Below, piece after piece: positions 19,509-28,039 of a DNA stretch of 64,000 nucleotides. Positions within the stretch are counted from its first letter, which is position 1. Every line of letters begins with the position of its first letter. The stretch comes from an uncultured Gammaproteobacteria bacterium (lineage in GTDB: Bacteria > Patescibacteriota > Microgenomatia > 2-02-FULL-39-11). The stretch lies in assembly GCA_964520615.1 (NCBI GenBank), contig CAZFNL010000011.1, positions 1,123 through 65,122 on the forward strand. The letters run 5' to 3'. Made by a program: the position numbers and the translations under genes. The notes beneath the pieces were generated by a model that did not search any database, was not told the origin of the DNA, and was given only the letters and a program-made list of their open reading frames with translations.

Positions 19509-20183
19509 CTAAACCCTTTTGGCAGTCACAATCAGCCTTTTGCTGTCGGCAAAACCGGTACATGTATAAAGCGTTAAAACCTCATCTCTTGTCGGAGCAA
19601 TTACTTCAGTTTGAGATGGTAACACCTCCTGAATATTATTTATCTTATATTGATACCATTTATCGCTAGTAAAGACATAAATATCTTCTCCATTTTTAAC
19701 ATTTTTAAGAGGTAAGAACATGCCTTGCCTGGCATGGGCGAAGATGACTTGGTTACCCTTTTCTCCCGGGTAACCCGAACCCTGCCCCCAACCAGCGCCG
19801 CTCGGGAATACTTCCCAATAGCCATCTATCACTTTTGCTTCCTTCACGGGCAGATCTATATCAACACTTGGAATAAGTACCCGCATGGGAGCTTCCTGAT
19901 TCTTCTTTATTTGTGTTGAAAGAAGCAATTTGTCCACCTTCACTGGTTCCTGGGAAAAAGAGGATACTTCTCCGTTTTGTGGCACAGTAACTGTATTTGC
20001 GCTATTGTTTGACGAGTTTGAACTTGCGGGAGTACCGGAAAGATAAAATCCAAAGCCAATAAAAAGGATCCCCCCGGCAAGAAGATATAAACGGATTTTT
20101 TTCTTCTCGTTTTTGAGGATCCTTTTTAACGTGATCTCTTTATGTCTATTTCTATTTTTGACCTTACGTAAAGTAGAAGACAT
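19509..20183 (-). CDS. Sortase-family transpeptidase
   Basis: N-terminal TM, catalytic His (VIFAHARQ), LTLYTCTGF (TLxTC Cys) and Arg in SKRLIV. Confidence 0.75.
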   Translation of the reverse strand: MSSTLRKVKNRNRHKEITLKRILKNEKKKIRLYLLAGGILFIGFGFYLSGTPASSNSSNNSANTVTVPQNGEVSSFSQEPVKVDKLLLSTQIKKNQEAPMRVLIPSVDIDLPVKEAKVIDGYWEVFPSGAGWGQGSGYPGEKGNQVIFAHARQGMFLPLKNVKNGEDIYVFTSDKWYQYKINNIQEVLPSQTEVIAPTRDEVLTLYTCTGFADSKRLIVTAKRV

Positions 20184-20647
20184 AGCACTCCAGCAAGAAG
20201 TATTATATCAGATATGGAGAGCTCTGAACCTCCTGTATACGAAAGTCCCAATACCTGCGGGCCTCCAATTCTTACTCCAGTGCTTGTTCCACCACCTCCA
20301 CCGCCACCCGAACTTTCGCTAACTGATGGCGACCATCCGCAATATGGACCGTAATACGATTTCCCCGGCGCGCAAGGATCTTCTGTAGAACTACTGCTTG
20401 TGGAAGACGCTTGTGTAGCAGTAGGACTTGATGGAGTCACATTTGGTCCACCTCCTGACGTCGGTGTCGGCTGACCTTGTGGCGGGCTAGTTGGAAGAGG
20501 AGGCACTGTTACCGTCCTCTCTAAAGAAGGAGAAGTCGGTCTTGCTGCAGGCCTCTGCCACCAATCTGCCAAAACACTGCCGTTTAGCATCACACTTAGA
20601 ATAAATACTATTCCAAATAAACTGATGACCGATACTAATTTTTTCAT
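20126..20647 (-). CDS. Pro/Ser/Thr-rich surface protein with C-terminal sorting-signal-like anchor (candidate sortase substrate)
   Basis: N-terminal signal peptide and a PT-rich low-complexity region. C-terminus has ...LSYTGGSELSIS followed by a hydrophobic stretch and a basic tail (RSKIEIDIKRSR). Confidence 0.5.
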   Translation of the reverse strand: MKKLVSVISLFGIVFILSVMLNGSVLADWWQRPAARPTSPSLERTVTVPPLPTSPPQGQPTPTSGGGPNVTPSSPTATQASSTSSSSTEDPCAPGKSYYGPYCGWSPSVSESSGGGGGGGTSTGVRIGGPQVLGLSYTGGSELSISDIILLAGVLCLLLYVRSKIEIDIKRSR

Positions 20648-20692
20648 TTATTCACCTCCTTTCCTTTTTATAATAAAAATTAATATTTGCTT

Positions 20693-23149
20693 TTATAAAA
20701 GCACTTCAAGAAGCGCATTCACATACTTTCCCAGGTGAAACCTCTTCCTTCTTCTTATAAGTATCAGGAAAAATGCTAGTGGAACAACTGACAACCATGA
20801 TTCATTTACATTCAACCTTGCTCCTCCCAAAAGCATCCCGGCAAAACTTGTTTCTGTAGCCTTGGCAAAAGCCGGAGACACGAAACTGCCGCGAAGCATT
20901 CTGTTTTGGCCGTTGTTTTGGCCCAATATGTAGGTCTGCGGATCCTGTTGTAAATATTCCTGTGCTTGGTTTGCCAGTTGATATTTTTGGTTTGCGACAT
21001 TTGCAGTTGCCAGATAGTAACTCGACGGGTAATAATATCGGGCCTGCTGAACCTGCTGTTGTGTCTGGAGGCCGCTTGTATCTGTCGGATAATAGTATGA
21101 GTAATAAGTATGTGAGTAATTTTGGCTATCAGCTGTTTGTTTTGTTGCGGTCACACCGCCTATATTGGTATCTGCGGTATCAAATGACGGTAAAGGATCC
21201 AAGGTCGGTGTAGGAGATATTGCGCTTTGTGAATTATTACTGCTCCCTGTTGTACCTGAGTTAATTGTGTCTCCACTTCCGGCTTCAGCCGTCTGATTAT
21301 AGTTTTGTCCTGGTGTCACCACATTCCCCAGGAAATTACCAAACACATTCACCAGAAGTACGGCAAAATTCTTGGCGGTTACATTTGTGTTAACCAGATT
21401 AACCAGATTTAGTCCAACCTGAGCATTACCCGTCTGTATTTGTCCTTCTCCGGTATTGTCCTGGGCTTTATTGTTACCGGTATCGGCATTTGCAGTAATA
21501 TTGTTTACAATACTAGCACTATTGTTATTGGATAAAGAAGTATCTGACGTACTATTATAGGTAGAGTTATTTGTTGAAAGTGCTCCTGTCCCGCTACTGC
21601 CTACATCCGTAGTATACGTACCAGACCCTCCACCTCCTGTTTGTTGCACAGGTAAACCGTTTGAAGCAGATGTCGCTCCCCACGGAGCTCCCATTATATA
21701 ACCCACCCATTTACCCATATCGTTTACTATGACAAGCCATACAGTTCCACCCTCATCCACTGCGTTCGTATTGGCTACTGTACTATTGCTCACTTGCGTG
21801 TTGGAATTTCCCGTAGTTACGCTTCCTCCACCGGTATTTATGGAGGCTGAGTTGTTTCCAGTATTGGCGGTAGCGTTTACTGTACTTGTGATATCAGCGG
21901 TATTATTATTGGTTAAGTTTGTCGAATCTGAAGTGTTGGATGTGGCATTATTTGTTGACAGCGCACCAGTAGTATTGTTGGTCACATTTGTACCCGCGCT
22001 TGTTGTGTTTGAAGCTGTAACATTTCCGGTGGAATTTCCAGTACTCCATGGCAAAACAATATTTCCCGCCAAAGTCCCATAAATATTTACTACACCCATC
22101 AGCCAATTACTGACGTTTAAATTGGAGTTAACCATGTTTATAATGTTGCCAAGAGCTGTAGCATTTCCGGTCTGGATAGTACCGTTACCCGTGTTGTATG
22201 ACGCACTGTTTTGACCGGTAACTGCCTGCAAATTTATATCATTTACCAGTTGAGCGTCATTTCCGTTGGCTTCTTTGACTGAAAAGGAATTATTTGCTGG
22301 CGCATCATTGGATGAACCTGCTCCCGTCACTGAATTTTTGGATACTGTAGGAGAGGCACTTGAGAATCCGCTGCCTGCACTTGGATCGCCAGTCTGGAAG
22401 ACTATATCACCTGTCTGAGTACCATACACATTGTAAGTAGAGAAACCTCCCACTCCTGAGATATTACTGTTTAGTTTATTTAAGAGATTTACTGCAGATT
22501 GGGTATTCCCAGTTGATACCTGGCCGTTTAGAGTATTAAGGTCAGCATAATTGAAACCTGTATTTGTAGCGGCATCAATCTTATTTTGGATATCAGCCAA
22601 ATTTTTATTCAATACCTGCTGCCAGTTGGAATTTGTTTCTGAAGCGCTATTTGTGGATAACGCGCCAGTTCCGACATTCGCCGGATCGCTAACGCTACCG
22701 TTTGTGCCAGTGTCACCTGTAGGACCTGTCGGACCGTTTGTACTTGAGGCGCCCAAAACATTATTCGTGTTTGTTGTACCTGTACCATCTGTGGAACTGC
22801 TGCCTGTCGGTTGAGAACCGGAAGTACCTGATGGGCCGGTAGAACCCGATGGGCCAGAAGGATTTGTAGCGGGCGGATCACTACTGGTCGGTGCGGGAGC
22901 AGTTGTTGGAGATACGGAAGAATTGGTAGGCTGCGGAGCGCTGGTGGGTGCCGGTGCGCTCGTTGGCGCGGAAGCACTAGGTGGTGAAGTCGGGGCCGGT
23001 GCGCTGGGCGGACTGGTTGGTGCAGGAGCTGAAGCTGGAGACTGCGCACTCTGGCCGTATACCACCGGAACCCATACCAAATTCCCTCCGGTAAATACCA
23101 GGCTTAAAATAAGTATAAAACTGATAATTTTGTTTCTAAATTTTGACAT
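20693..23149 (-). CDS. Large secreted Asn/Thr/Gly/Ser-rich repeat protein (paralog 1 of 3), putative surface fibre or beta-solenoid
   Basis: Signal peptide, then PAPTSPPSA x4 repeats, then long degenerate repeats (e.g. ...NTGNNSASINTGGGSVTTGNSNT...). Ends in a C-terminal hydrophobic segment followed by RRRKR. Confidence 0.6.
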   Translation of the reverse strand: MSKFRNKIISFILILSLVFTGGNLVWVPVVYGQSAQSPASAPAPTSPPSAPAPTSPPSASAPTSAPAPTSAPQPTNSSVSPTTAPAPTSSDPPATNPSGPSGSTGPSGTSGSQPTGSSSTDGTGTTNTNNVLGASSTNGPTGPTGDTGTNGSVSDPANVGTGALSTNSASETNSNWQQVLNKNLADIQNKIDAATNTGFNYADLNTLNGQVSTGNTQSAVNLLNKLNSNISGVGGFSTYNVYGTQTGDIVFQTGDPSAGSGFSSASPTVSKNSVTGAGSSNDAPANNSFSVKEANGNDAQLVNDINLQAVTGQNSASYNTGNGTIQTGNATALGNIINMVNSNLNVSNWLMGVVNIYGTLAGNIVLPWSTGNSTGNVTASNTTSAGTNVTNNTTGALSTNNATSNTSDSTNLTNNNTADITSTVNATANTGNNSASINTGGGSVTTGNSNTQVSNSTVANTNAVDEGGTVWLVIVNDMGKWVGYIMGAPWGATSASNGLPVQQTGGGGSGTYTTDVGSSGTGALSTNNSTYNSTSDTSLSNNNSASIVNNITANADTGNNKAQDNTGEGQIQTGNAQVGLNLVNLVNTNVTAKNFAVLLVNVFGNFLGNVVTPGQNYNQTAEAGSGDTINSGTTGSSNNSQSAISPTPTLDPLPSFDTADTNIGGVTATKQTADSQNYSHTYYSYYYPTDTSGLQTQQQVQQARYYYPSSYYLATANVANQKYQLANQAQEYLQQDPQTYILGQNNGQNRMLRGSFVSPAFAKATETSFAGMLLGGARLNVNESWLSVVPLAFFLILIRRRKRFHLGKYVNALLEVLL

Positions 23150-23175
23150 TTTAAACTACTGTGTTAATCAATGTC

Positions 23176-23260
23176 ATCCTGAATTTATTTCAGGATCTCT
23201 GAAAATTCCTGAGGGAACTTACAGATTGGACCTTACTGGATGCTGAAACAAGTTCAGCAT
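23176..23260. promoter_or_regulatory. Two similar palindromes (ATCCTGAA-N5-TTCAGGAT and ATGCTGAA-N5-TTCAGCAT) 64 bp apart, upstream of the 818-aa surface-protein gene
   Basis: Read directly: 23176-23196 and 23240-23260 have the same half-site architecture. They lie 27-110 nt upstream of the start codon at 23149. Confidence 0.35.
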
Positions 23261-23378
23261 GACAGATATGTACAGTTCGGGATGACTTTGTTAAAAACTT
23301 AAATTTTTTTATTACGTCTTTCCCGGTGGGAACCCCTTTTCCTAGGATGGATTCCCACCGAGGAAAAAACGTCTTTTC

Positions 23379-24506
23379 TTATTGGATGACTGTCAAAGAA
23401 TCATTTAGATGGTTTGAGATAGTCTTCCAAAGATCTGACAATCCTGCCCATACTGAGCCTCCGCCTGTATTGTAGTTGGAAGCATTTGATCCTGTGTCAG
23501 CAACGTCATTATCAGTGTTGGTGACGTTAGAGTTGTTCGGATTGTTTACTGTTGTTCCGAAACTATTTAACAGGGTTGTACGATTGTCAGAAAAAGGTCC
23601 GGTGACGCCGTTACTACCATCGTTGGCGAAGCCGCCCATGGCCATCTGGATGGTTGTAGTACTTATGTTACCTTCATTATTCATTCCTACTCCAGCAGAT
23701 GATCCGCCGGTTCCGATACCTCCTCCAAGTGTATTGTAGGAAGCACCGTTATTGCCGGAACGTGACACGACAGCTACATTATTACCCAAATTCAAATAAT
23801 TAGGATTGTTTACTGTTGCGTTTGCCGAGTTTACAACATCAACATAATCAGTTGAAAATGGTCCTGTAGTATCGTTGGCAACGGAATTACCGCCTGCACC
23901 TCCTGCTCCCGCAGTTATACCTGTGGCACTGTCATTTAAGTGATTCTGAAGCATGACATTTGCCTGGGTAGATCCTGTTTGGACATTTGCCGGCCCGGTG
24001 TTGTAATTAGCATTGTTGTTTCCTGAATCAGATGTCGTGTTCACGTTGTTGCGAACATCAGCCTGATTGCTGTTTACAACATTTACGCGCTGACTGTTTG
24101 TTATGGTGACTCTATTGTCAGAACTTGGTCCGGTAATGTTATTGGAACCTGAGTTATTGGCTGCGGACGGTCCACCGTTTACAGTAGTAGTGTTTATATT
24201 ACCGACTGTATTCAAAGTGGCATTCAATGTCGCATTTCCTGTCGTAATATTGCCTCCCAATGTATTGTAGGAAGCGCTATTGTGACCGGTGTTTGATACT
24301 GCTGAGACGTTGTTTGTCAAATTAAGATTGTTTGTATTTGTCACATTGACGTCACTGGTATTGGTTATATTGCAGTAATCATGCGAAAGAGGTCCGGTTG
24401 TGCCGTTGCTGCAGTTGTTGCCTGCTGCCATTGCCGGAATAACTGCTCCGATTAAAAGAGCAATTGATCCTGCTATAGTTGCAAATTTTTTCATTATTCT
24501 ATTCAC
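23379..24506 (-). CDS. Secreted Asn/Thr-rich repeat protein (paralog 2)
   Basis: Signal peptide, then the NNCSNGTTGPLSHDYC...VNNPNYLNLGNNVAVVSRSGNNGASYNTLGG repeat units shared with 26996-27607 and 20693-23149. Probable ATG start at 24494 after a GGAGG RBS. Confidence 0.6.
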   Translation of the reverse strand: MNRIMKKFATIAGSIALLIGAVIPAMAAGNNCSNGTTGPLSHDYCNITNTSDVNVTNTNNLNLTNNVSAVSNTGHNSASYNTLGGNITTGNATLNATLNTVGNINTTTVNGGPSAANNSGSNNITGPSSDNRVTITNSQRVNVVNSNQADVRNNVNTTSDSGNNNANYNTGPANVQTGSTQANVMLQNHLNDSATGITAGAGGAGGNSVANDTTGPFSTDYVDVVNSANATVNNPNYLNLGNNVAVVSRSGNNGASYNTLGGGIGTGGSSAGVGMNNEGNISTTTIQMAMGGFANDGSNGVTGPFSDNRTTLLNSFGTTVNNPNNSNVTNTDNDVADTGSNASNYNTGGGSVWAGLSDLWKTISNHLNDSLTVIQ

Positions 24507-24717
24507 CTCCTTCCGTCTTATGATGTATCAAGACTGTCTGCCCTCTGCCTGCCTAGGATTAAGCTAAGTTTTCAGTCTTGCCGCTCTCGCGGGTAAAATT
24601 TTTTCATAATGTCAGTAAGCTTTTAAGTTACCGCTGTCAAATTCCAAATAAAAAGAGGTAAGTCATCCCGAAATTTTCGGGTATTCTTACCTCCGTTGGC
24701 GGTCGGTATTTTTTATT

Positions 24718-24918
24718 TTAGATATCTTTGATATTGTGATTTGTCTTTTTTATATTTCTTTCAGTAATCTGTGTCACTTTGAAATCCTGTACATAAATTT
24801 CCACAGAACCAAAACCGCGCACATTTTTCAGCGCCTGCTTTATTTCTTCAACCAAGTCGCGAGTAACTTTCTTTGTCGAATAGTCCACCATTTCAATTTT
24901 GGGGCAGTTAACAGGCAA
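24718..24918 (-). CDS. Small hypothetical protein
   Basis: 66 aa. Followed on the minus strand by a conserved 17-nt motif and a hairpin terminator. Confidence 0.3.
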   Translation of the reverse strand: MPVNCPKIEMVDYSTKKVTRDLVEEIKQALKNVRGFGSVEIYVQDFKVTQITERNIKKTNHNIKDI

Positions 24919-24942
24919 ATAATGGCAGTTATGAGGCAGAAA

Positions 24943-25524
24943 TCAGGAAGGAAAATTTACAGGAATTGTTTCCTTCTTACCATCCAACTCACCTACAAAT
25001 AATTTGAAATTTCGCACGTTGTCCGGTACTACAAATCCGACTCTATCCAGCTTGGTGGAAATTGCGGCAATAGGCACCAGGTTATTGTGCAAATCAGGCG
25101 CAAATTTATTGCCGTCATCATTGTTATATGTAAGCCTGATGAGGTCTCCTGGGAAAACATTCAGGGACGAAGTGGTATCGTTCTTGTATTCCAAATTCAA
25201 TATGAGGAAAAGCTTTTGGTTTGTGGCTGTGTAAGTTTTATTATTTACCATCACCTGGTTTGTCTTTTCGGTTGAAGCAATAGTAAATGTAATTTTATTT
25301 TTAGTGGGCTTACCCTGGTTATCCAAAGCAGTGAAATCAAAACTTTTGTTTATCTGGGCACTGATGCTTTTGGCAGCTTTGGTTGTGCCTTCAGACCGGG
25401 TACGCATAGCATTGATATTTACCGCAAAGATGGCAAAGATCAAAACAACAACACCGACCACCAGTTTTTTATGCTCTTTTGCAAATTCCCGAATTTTTTT
25501 CATCCAATTTTGTGTTTTAGGCAT
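24943..25524 (-). CDS. Membrane-anchored extracellular beta-sandwich-like protein (DUF4352-like), hypothetical
   Basis: N-terminal TM (LVVGVVVLIFAIFAV) followed by a 150-aa extracellular domain. Confidence 0.4.
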   Translation of the reverse strand: MPKTQNWMKKIREFAKEHKKLVVGVVVLIFAIFAVNINAMRTRSEGTTKAAKSISAQINKSFDFTALDNQGKPTKNKITFTIASTEKTNQVMVNNKTYTATNQKLFLILNLEYKNDTTSSLNVFPGDLIRLTYNNDDGNKFAPDLHNNLVPIAAISTKLDRVGFVVPDNVRNFKLFVGELDGKKETIPVNFPS

Positions 25525-25744
25525 AATCTTAATACGGATAAAATTTCCGTCTGGCCTTTAATAGATTGAGCGGTAATCAATTTTAATTGGACAGTTTTTG
25601 GCAGGGGAAAGTATGAATCCTTCCAACTTTGTGGCAGCTAAGGCAGAGTAAAAAGATGTTATACTGCCCGTCCTGACTTGTCAAGATGACAACACCGTAA
25701 CAAAATATATCAGACTATAACTCTACTCTGATAAAATTGTGCTT

Positions 25745-26938
25745 TTACGCGACAAAAAAACCTAAAGTATAGTATATGAAAAATATCAAGAGCAAGACGA
25801 GTGAAAAGAAAACATAAATTATTTCCCAAAATCTAGCTGGTCTTAGCCTACCCATAGACATAAATATTGGGAAAAATATGAGGGCATAGCGGGAAACACC
25901 ATTGAGTATATATCCCCGGTACTGAAAGAAATAGAAGACAAGAAAAAAGACCAAAAGAAAAATCCAGTCTTCCCTCCTGATTTTCCTGCAGGAAACATAA
26001 AGATAAGCTATAGCACCGGCTGTTATGACAAAATCCAAATCGTTGGGAAGGTTCAGGGGACTCACCAGCAATATTTTTGCCTGCGACAGCAGCGGATCCC
26101 AGGGAAGAGGCAGCGTCACTTTCCAGGCGGAATTGACTCTAAGGGCAACAAGAGAAACACCGGTCATCGCGTCCTGAAACCCGGCTATGAGAAAAAATGA
26201 CAGCGGGATAAGAATTAAGGAAAGCAAAGCCGGAATTTTATTTTTTATCTTTTTGCTTTTCCAGAAAATATAAGCTAAAGGCGCCAAAAGCACACCTCCA
26301 TATGGTTTAGTCACTGTGGCAAAGATGGCAAATAATGTTGCTGTAAACGGCCTGTCTTTTTTAGCAAATATGAGGCAAGCCAGGACAAAAGAAATAAAAA
26401 GAGACTCTGCATACGGGACAAGCAGGAAAAACGCGGCCGGAAAGATAGCATATGCCGCAAGCAACCTCACCGCGATTTTCCCGTCATTCTCCATCAAAGT
26501 AAAATAATAAAATAAGAAAAATGCTAAGGCGGAAAGAAATGTATTTAGGAAAAAAGCTGCTACCGGAAATGTTGCCGGACTTACCAACGTCAGTAATTTT
26601 ACTGCCCAAGGATACAGAGGGAAAAACTTGGCCGTCAATGGTTCACCTCTATAATTAGTCCTCGCCACTTCCTCATACCAGAGAGCGTCAAAGCGGTGAA
26701 GCGGTTGGACAATATAATACCAGGAATCATTTCTATCGACGGGAATATTGCGCACCAAATCCATCTGAGCGGTAGTTAGCGGAATTTTGGGAAATATGGA
26801 AAAAAGGGAAAAACCGGCAAACAAAAGCAAGAGGCGCAGAAACAGTGTGAAAATTATTGAGAGGATAATGCCTGTTTTTATATTTTTCCTATCCGTTTTC
26901 ATCAACGAAAATATAAATGTATTTGCCGCAAACGTCAA
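25745..26938 (-). CDS. Polytopic membrane GT-C-fold glycosyltransferase-like protein (putative mannosyltransferase family)
   Basis: About 10 TM helices. First extracytoplasmic loop carries an Asp/aromatic motif (HRFDALWYEEVA) like DUF2029/PMT-type GT-C enzymes. True start is probably the M at ~26899. Confidence 0.5.
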   Translation of the reverse strand: MTFAANTFIFSLMKTDRKNIKTGIILSIIFTLFLRLLLLFAGFSLFSIFPKIPLTTAQMDLVRNIPVDRNDSWYYIVQPLHRFDALWYEEVARTNYRGEPLTAKFFPLYPWAVKLLTLVSPATFPVAAFFLNTFLSALAFFLFYYFTLMENDGKIAVRLLAAYAIFPAAFFLLVPYAESLFISFVLACLIFAKKDRPFTATLFAIFATVTKPYGGVLLAPLAYIFWKSKKIKNKIPALLSLILIPLSFFLIAGFQDAMTGVSLVALRVNSAWKVTLPLPWDPLLSQAKILLVSPLNLPNDLDFVITAGAIAYLYVSCRKIRREDWIFLLVFFLVFYFFQYRGYILNGVSRYALIFFPIFMSMGRLRPARFWEIIYVFFSLVLLLIFFIYYTLGFFVA

Positions 26939-26963
26939 GAGCTCTCCTAAAAGGAGAGCTCTT
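26937..26963. repeat. Perfect 11-bp-stem palindrome AAGAGCTCTCC-TAAA-GGAGAGCTCTT
   Basis: Read directly. Lies between the paralog-3 stop (26996) and the GT-C gene start, with no adjacent U-tract on either strand. Confidence 0.4.
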
Positions 26964-26995
26964 AAACTGAAATATTCAGTAAACTGCTCACTATA

Positions 26996-27607
26996 TCATT
27001 GAGATATCGTAATAGATGAACTGTTTACATTATTGCTCACTCCTACATTTACCAAAGCATCTCCGGTTCCCACTCCTCCACCGACTGTATTCAGGTTTGC
27101 CTGATTATTACCTGTATTTACGGTTGTGTTCACGTTATTGGTAACGAAAGCAGTGTTGGTTAACATAAAACCAACCCTCTTATTTACATTTACGGTGACG
27201 TTATTGGTGGAACCGTAACCGGTAATGGAGTTTCCGCTGCCGGTCAATGATGTATCCAAAACAGCTGTCTGGTTTACGTTTAGGCCGACATTGTTTACTG
27301 TATTGGCTACAGGATTGATATTTGCCGTAGCGTTTCCAGTGAGAACTCCGCCCAGACTCGCGTCTGAATTCTGGTTATTCTGGTTTCCGCCGGTATTTGT
27401 GTTGGTAGTTACATTGTTGGTAACATTCCCATTATTACCCAGCATAAACCTTACAATCCTTTTTGCCTTTATGGTGCAATAGTTAGAACTATAAGCACCT
27501 GTCGGACCGTTTCCACAATCCACAGCCAGTGCCGGTGCTACTGTCAAAAGCAGCATTCCTGCTCCAATGGCCATTCCCAATATATTTTTTTTCATAAATC
27601 TTTTCAC
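26996..27607 (-). CDS. Secreted Asn/Thr-rich repeat protein (paralog 3)
   Basis: Signal peptide, then CGNGPTGAYSSNYC and repeated VTNNVxTNTNTGGNQxN units. Start region is conserved with paralog 2 (GGAGGTGAAnAGAnTnATGAAAAAA). Confidence 0.6.
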   Translation of the reverse strand: MKRFMKKNILGMAIGAGMLLLTVAPALAVDCGNGPTGAYSSNYCTIKAKRIVRFMLGNNGNVTNNVTTNTNTGGNQNNQNSDASLGGVLTGNATANINPVANTVNNVGLNVNQTAVLDTSLTGSGNSITGYGSTNNVTVNVNKRVGFMLTNTAFVTNNVNTTVNTGNNQANLNTVGGGVGTGDALVNVGVSNNVNSSSITISQ

Positions 27608-28002
27608 CTCCTTTCTTTATTGATTTTCTTACTGCACAAAAATAACACTCTCCTCCCTCGGTCTATAAGAGACCTCGGGATTCGAGTGTTTTCCTTTGAG
27701 CAGAAGGCAGACTATGATACATAGGGCAGCAAGTTAAGACTCGGGCAGCGATATTTTCCGACTAAAAAACTACACCGGGCAGGTGTCGAAAGACAAATGG
27801 AAACAAAAAAGCAATCCTTTACAGGGATTGCTTCCGTTTGCGGTCGGCAAACTCTACTTCCACTGTAAAATAATTTTTTCTATTTTGTCAATACCCAAGT
27901 TTTTAGCTAAGTTTAGAGATAATATAATACATTTATATATCTGAAAACAATATGGGAAATGACATGATTTTATCGAGATCTGTTTTGAAGGATATGTTGC
28001 TA

Positions 28003-28031
28003 ATTGCAATTTCAAGTGCAAGAAGTATATA
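28003..28031 (+). promoter_or_regulatory. Candidate sigma-70-type promoter for the alaS leader
   Basis: TTGCAA at 28003-28008, a 17-nt spacer, then TATAAT at 28026-28031. Confidence 0.3.
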
Positions 28032-28039
28032 ATATCAAT

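Noticed and set aside
21729-23246. Long ORFs on the plus strand (21729-22082, 22551-22814, 22923-23246) and the minus-frame 22609-23049 inside the 818-aa gene
   Set aside because: They are mirror or alternate-frame ORFs generated by the low-complexity repeat coding sequence (Val/Pro/Leu-rich translations). The real gene is the minus-strand repeat protein with signal peptide.
26787-27002. ORF 26787-27002 (+)
   Set aside because: Overlaps the GT-C gene start region and the palindromic hairpin on the opposite strand, with no RBS. Likely spurious.
26917-27853. Invertible DNA segment carrying paralog 3 flanked by inverted repeats
   Set aside because: The inverted repeat is only 13 bp with a 4-nt indel, and no site-specific recombinase gene is nearby. 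It is kept only as a caveat inside the conserved-motif finding.
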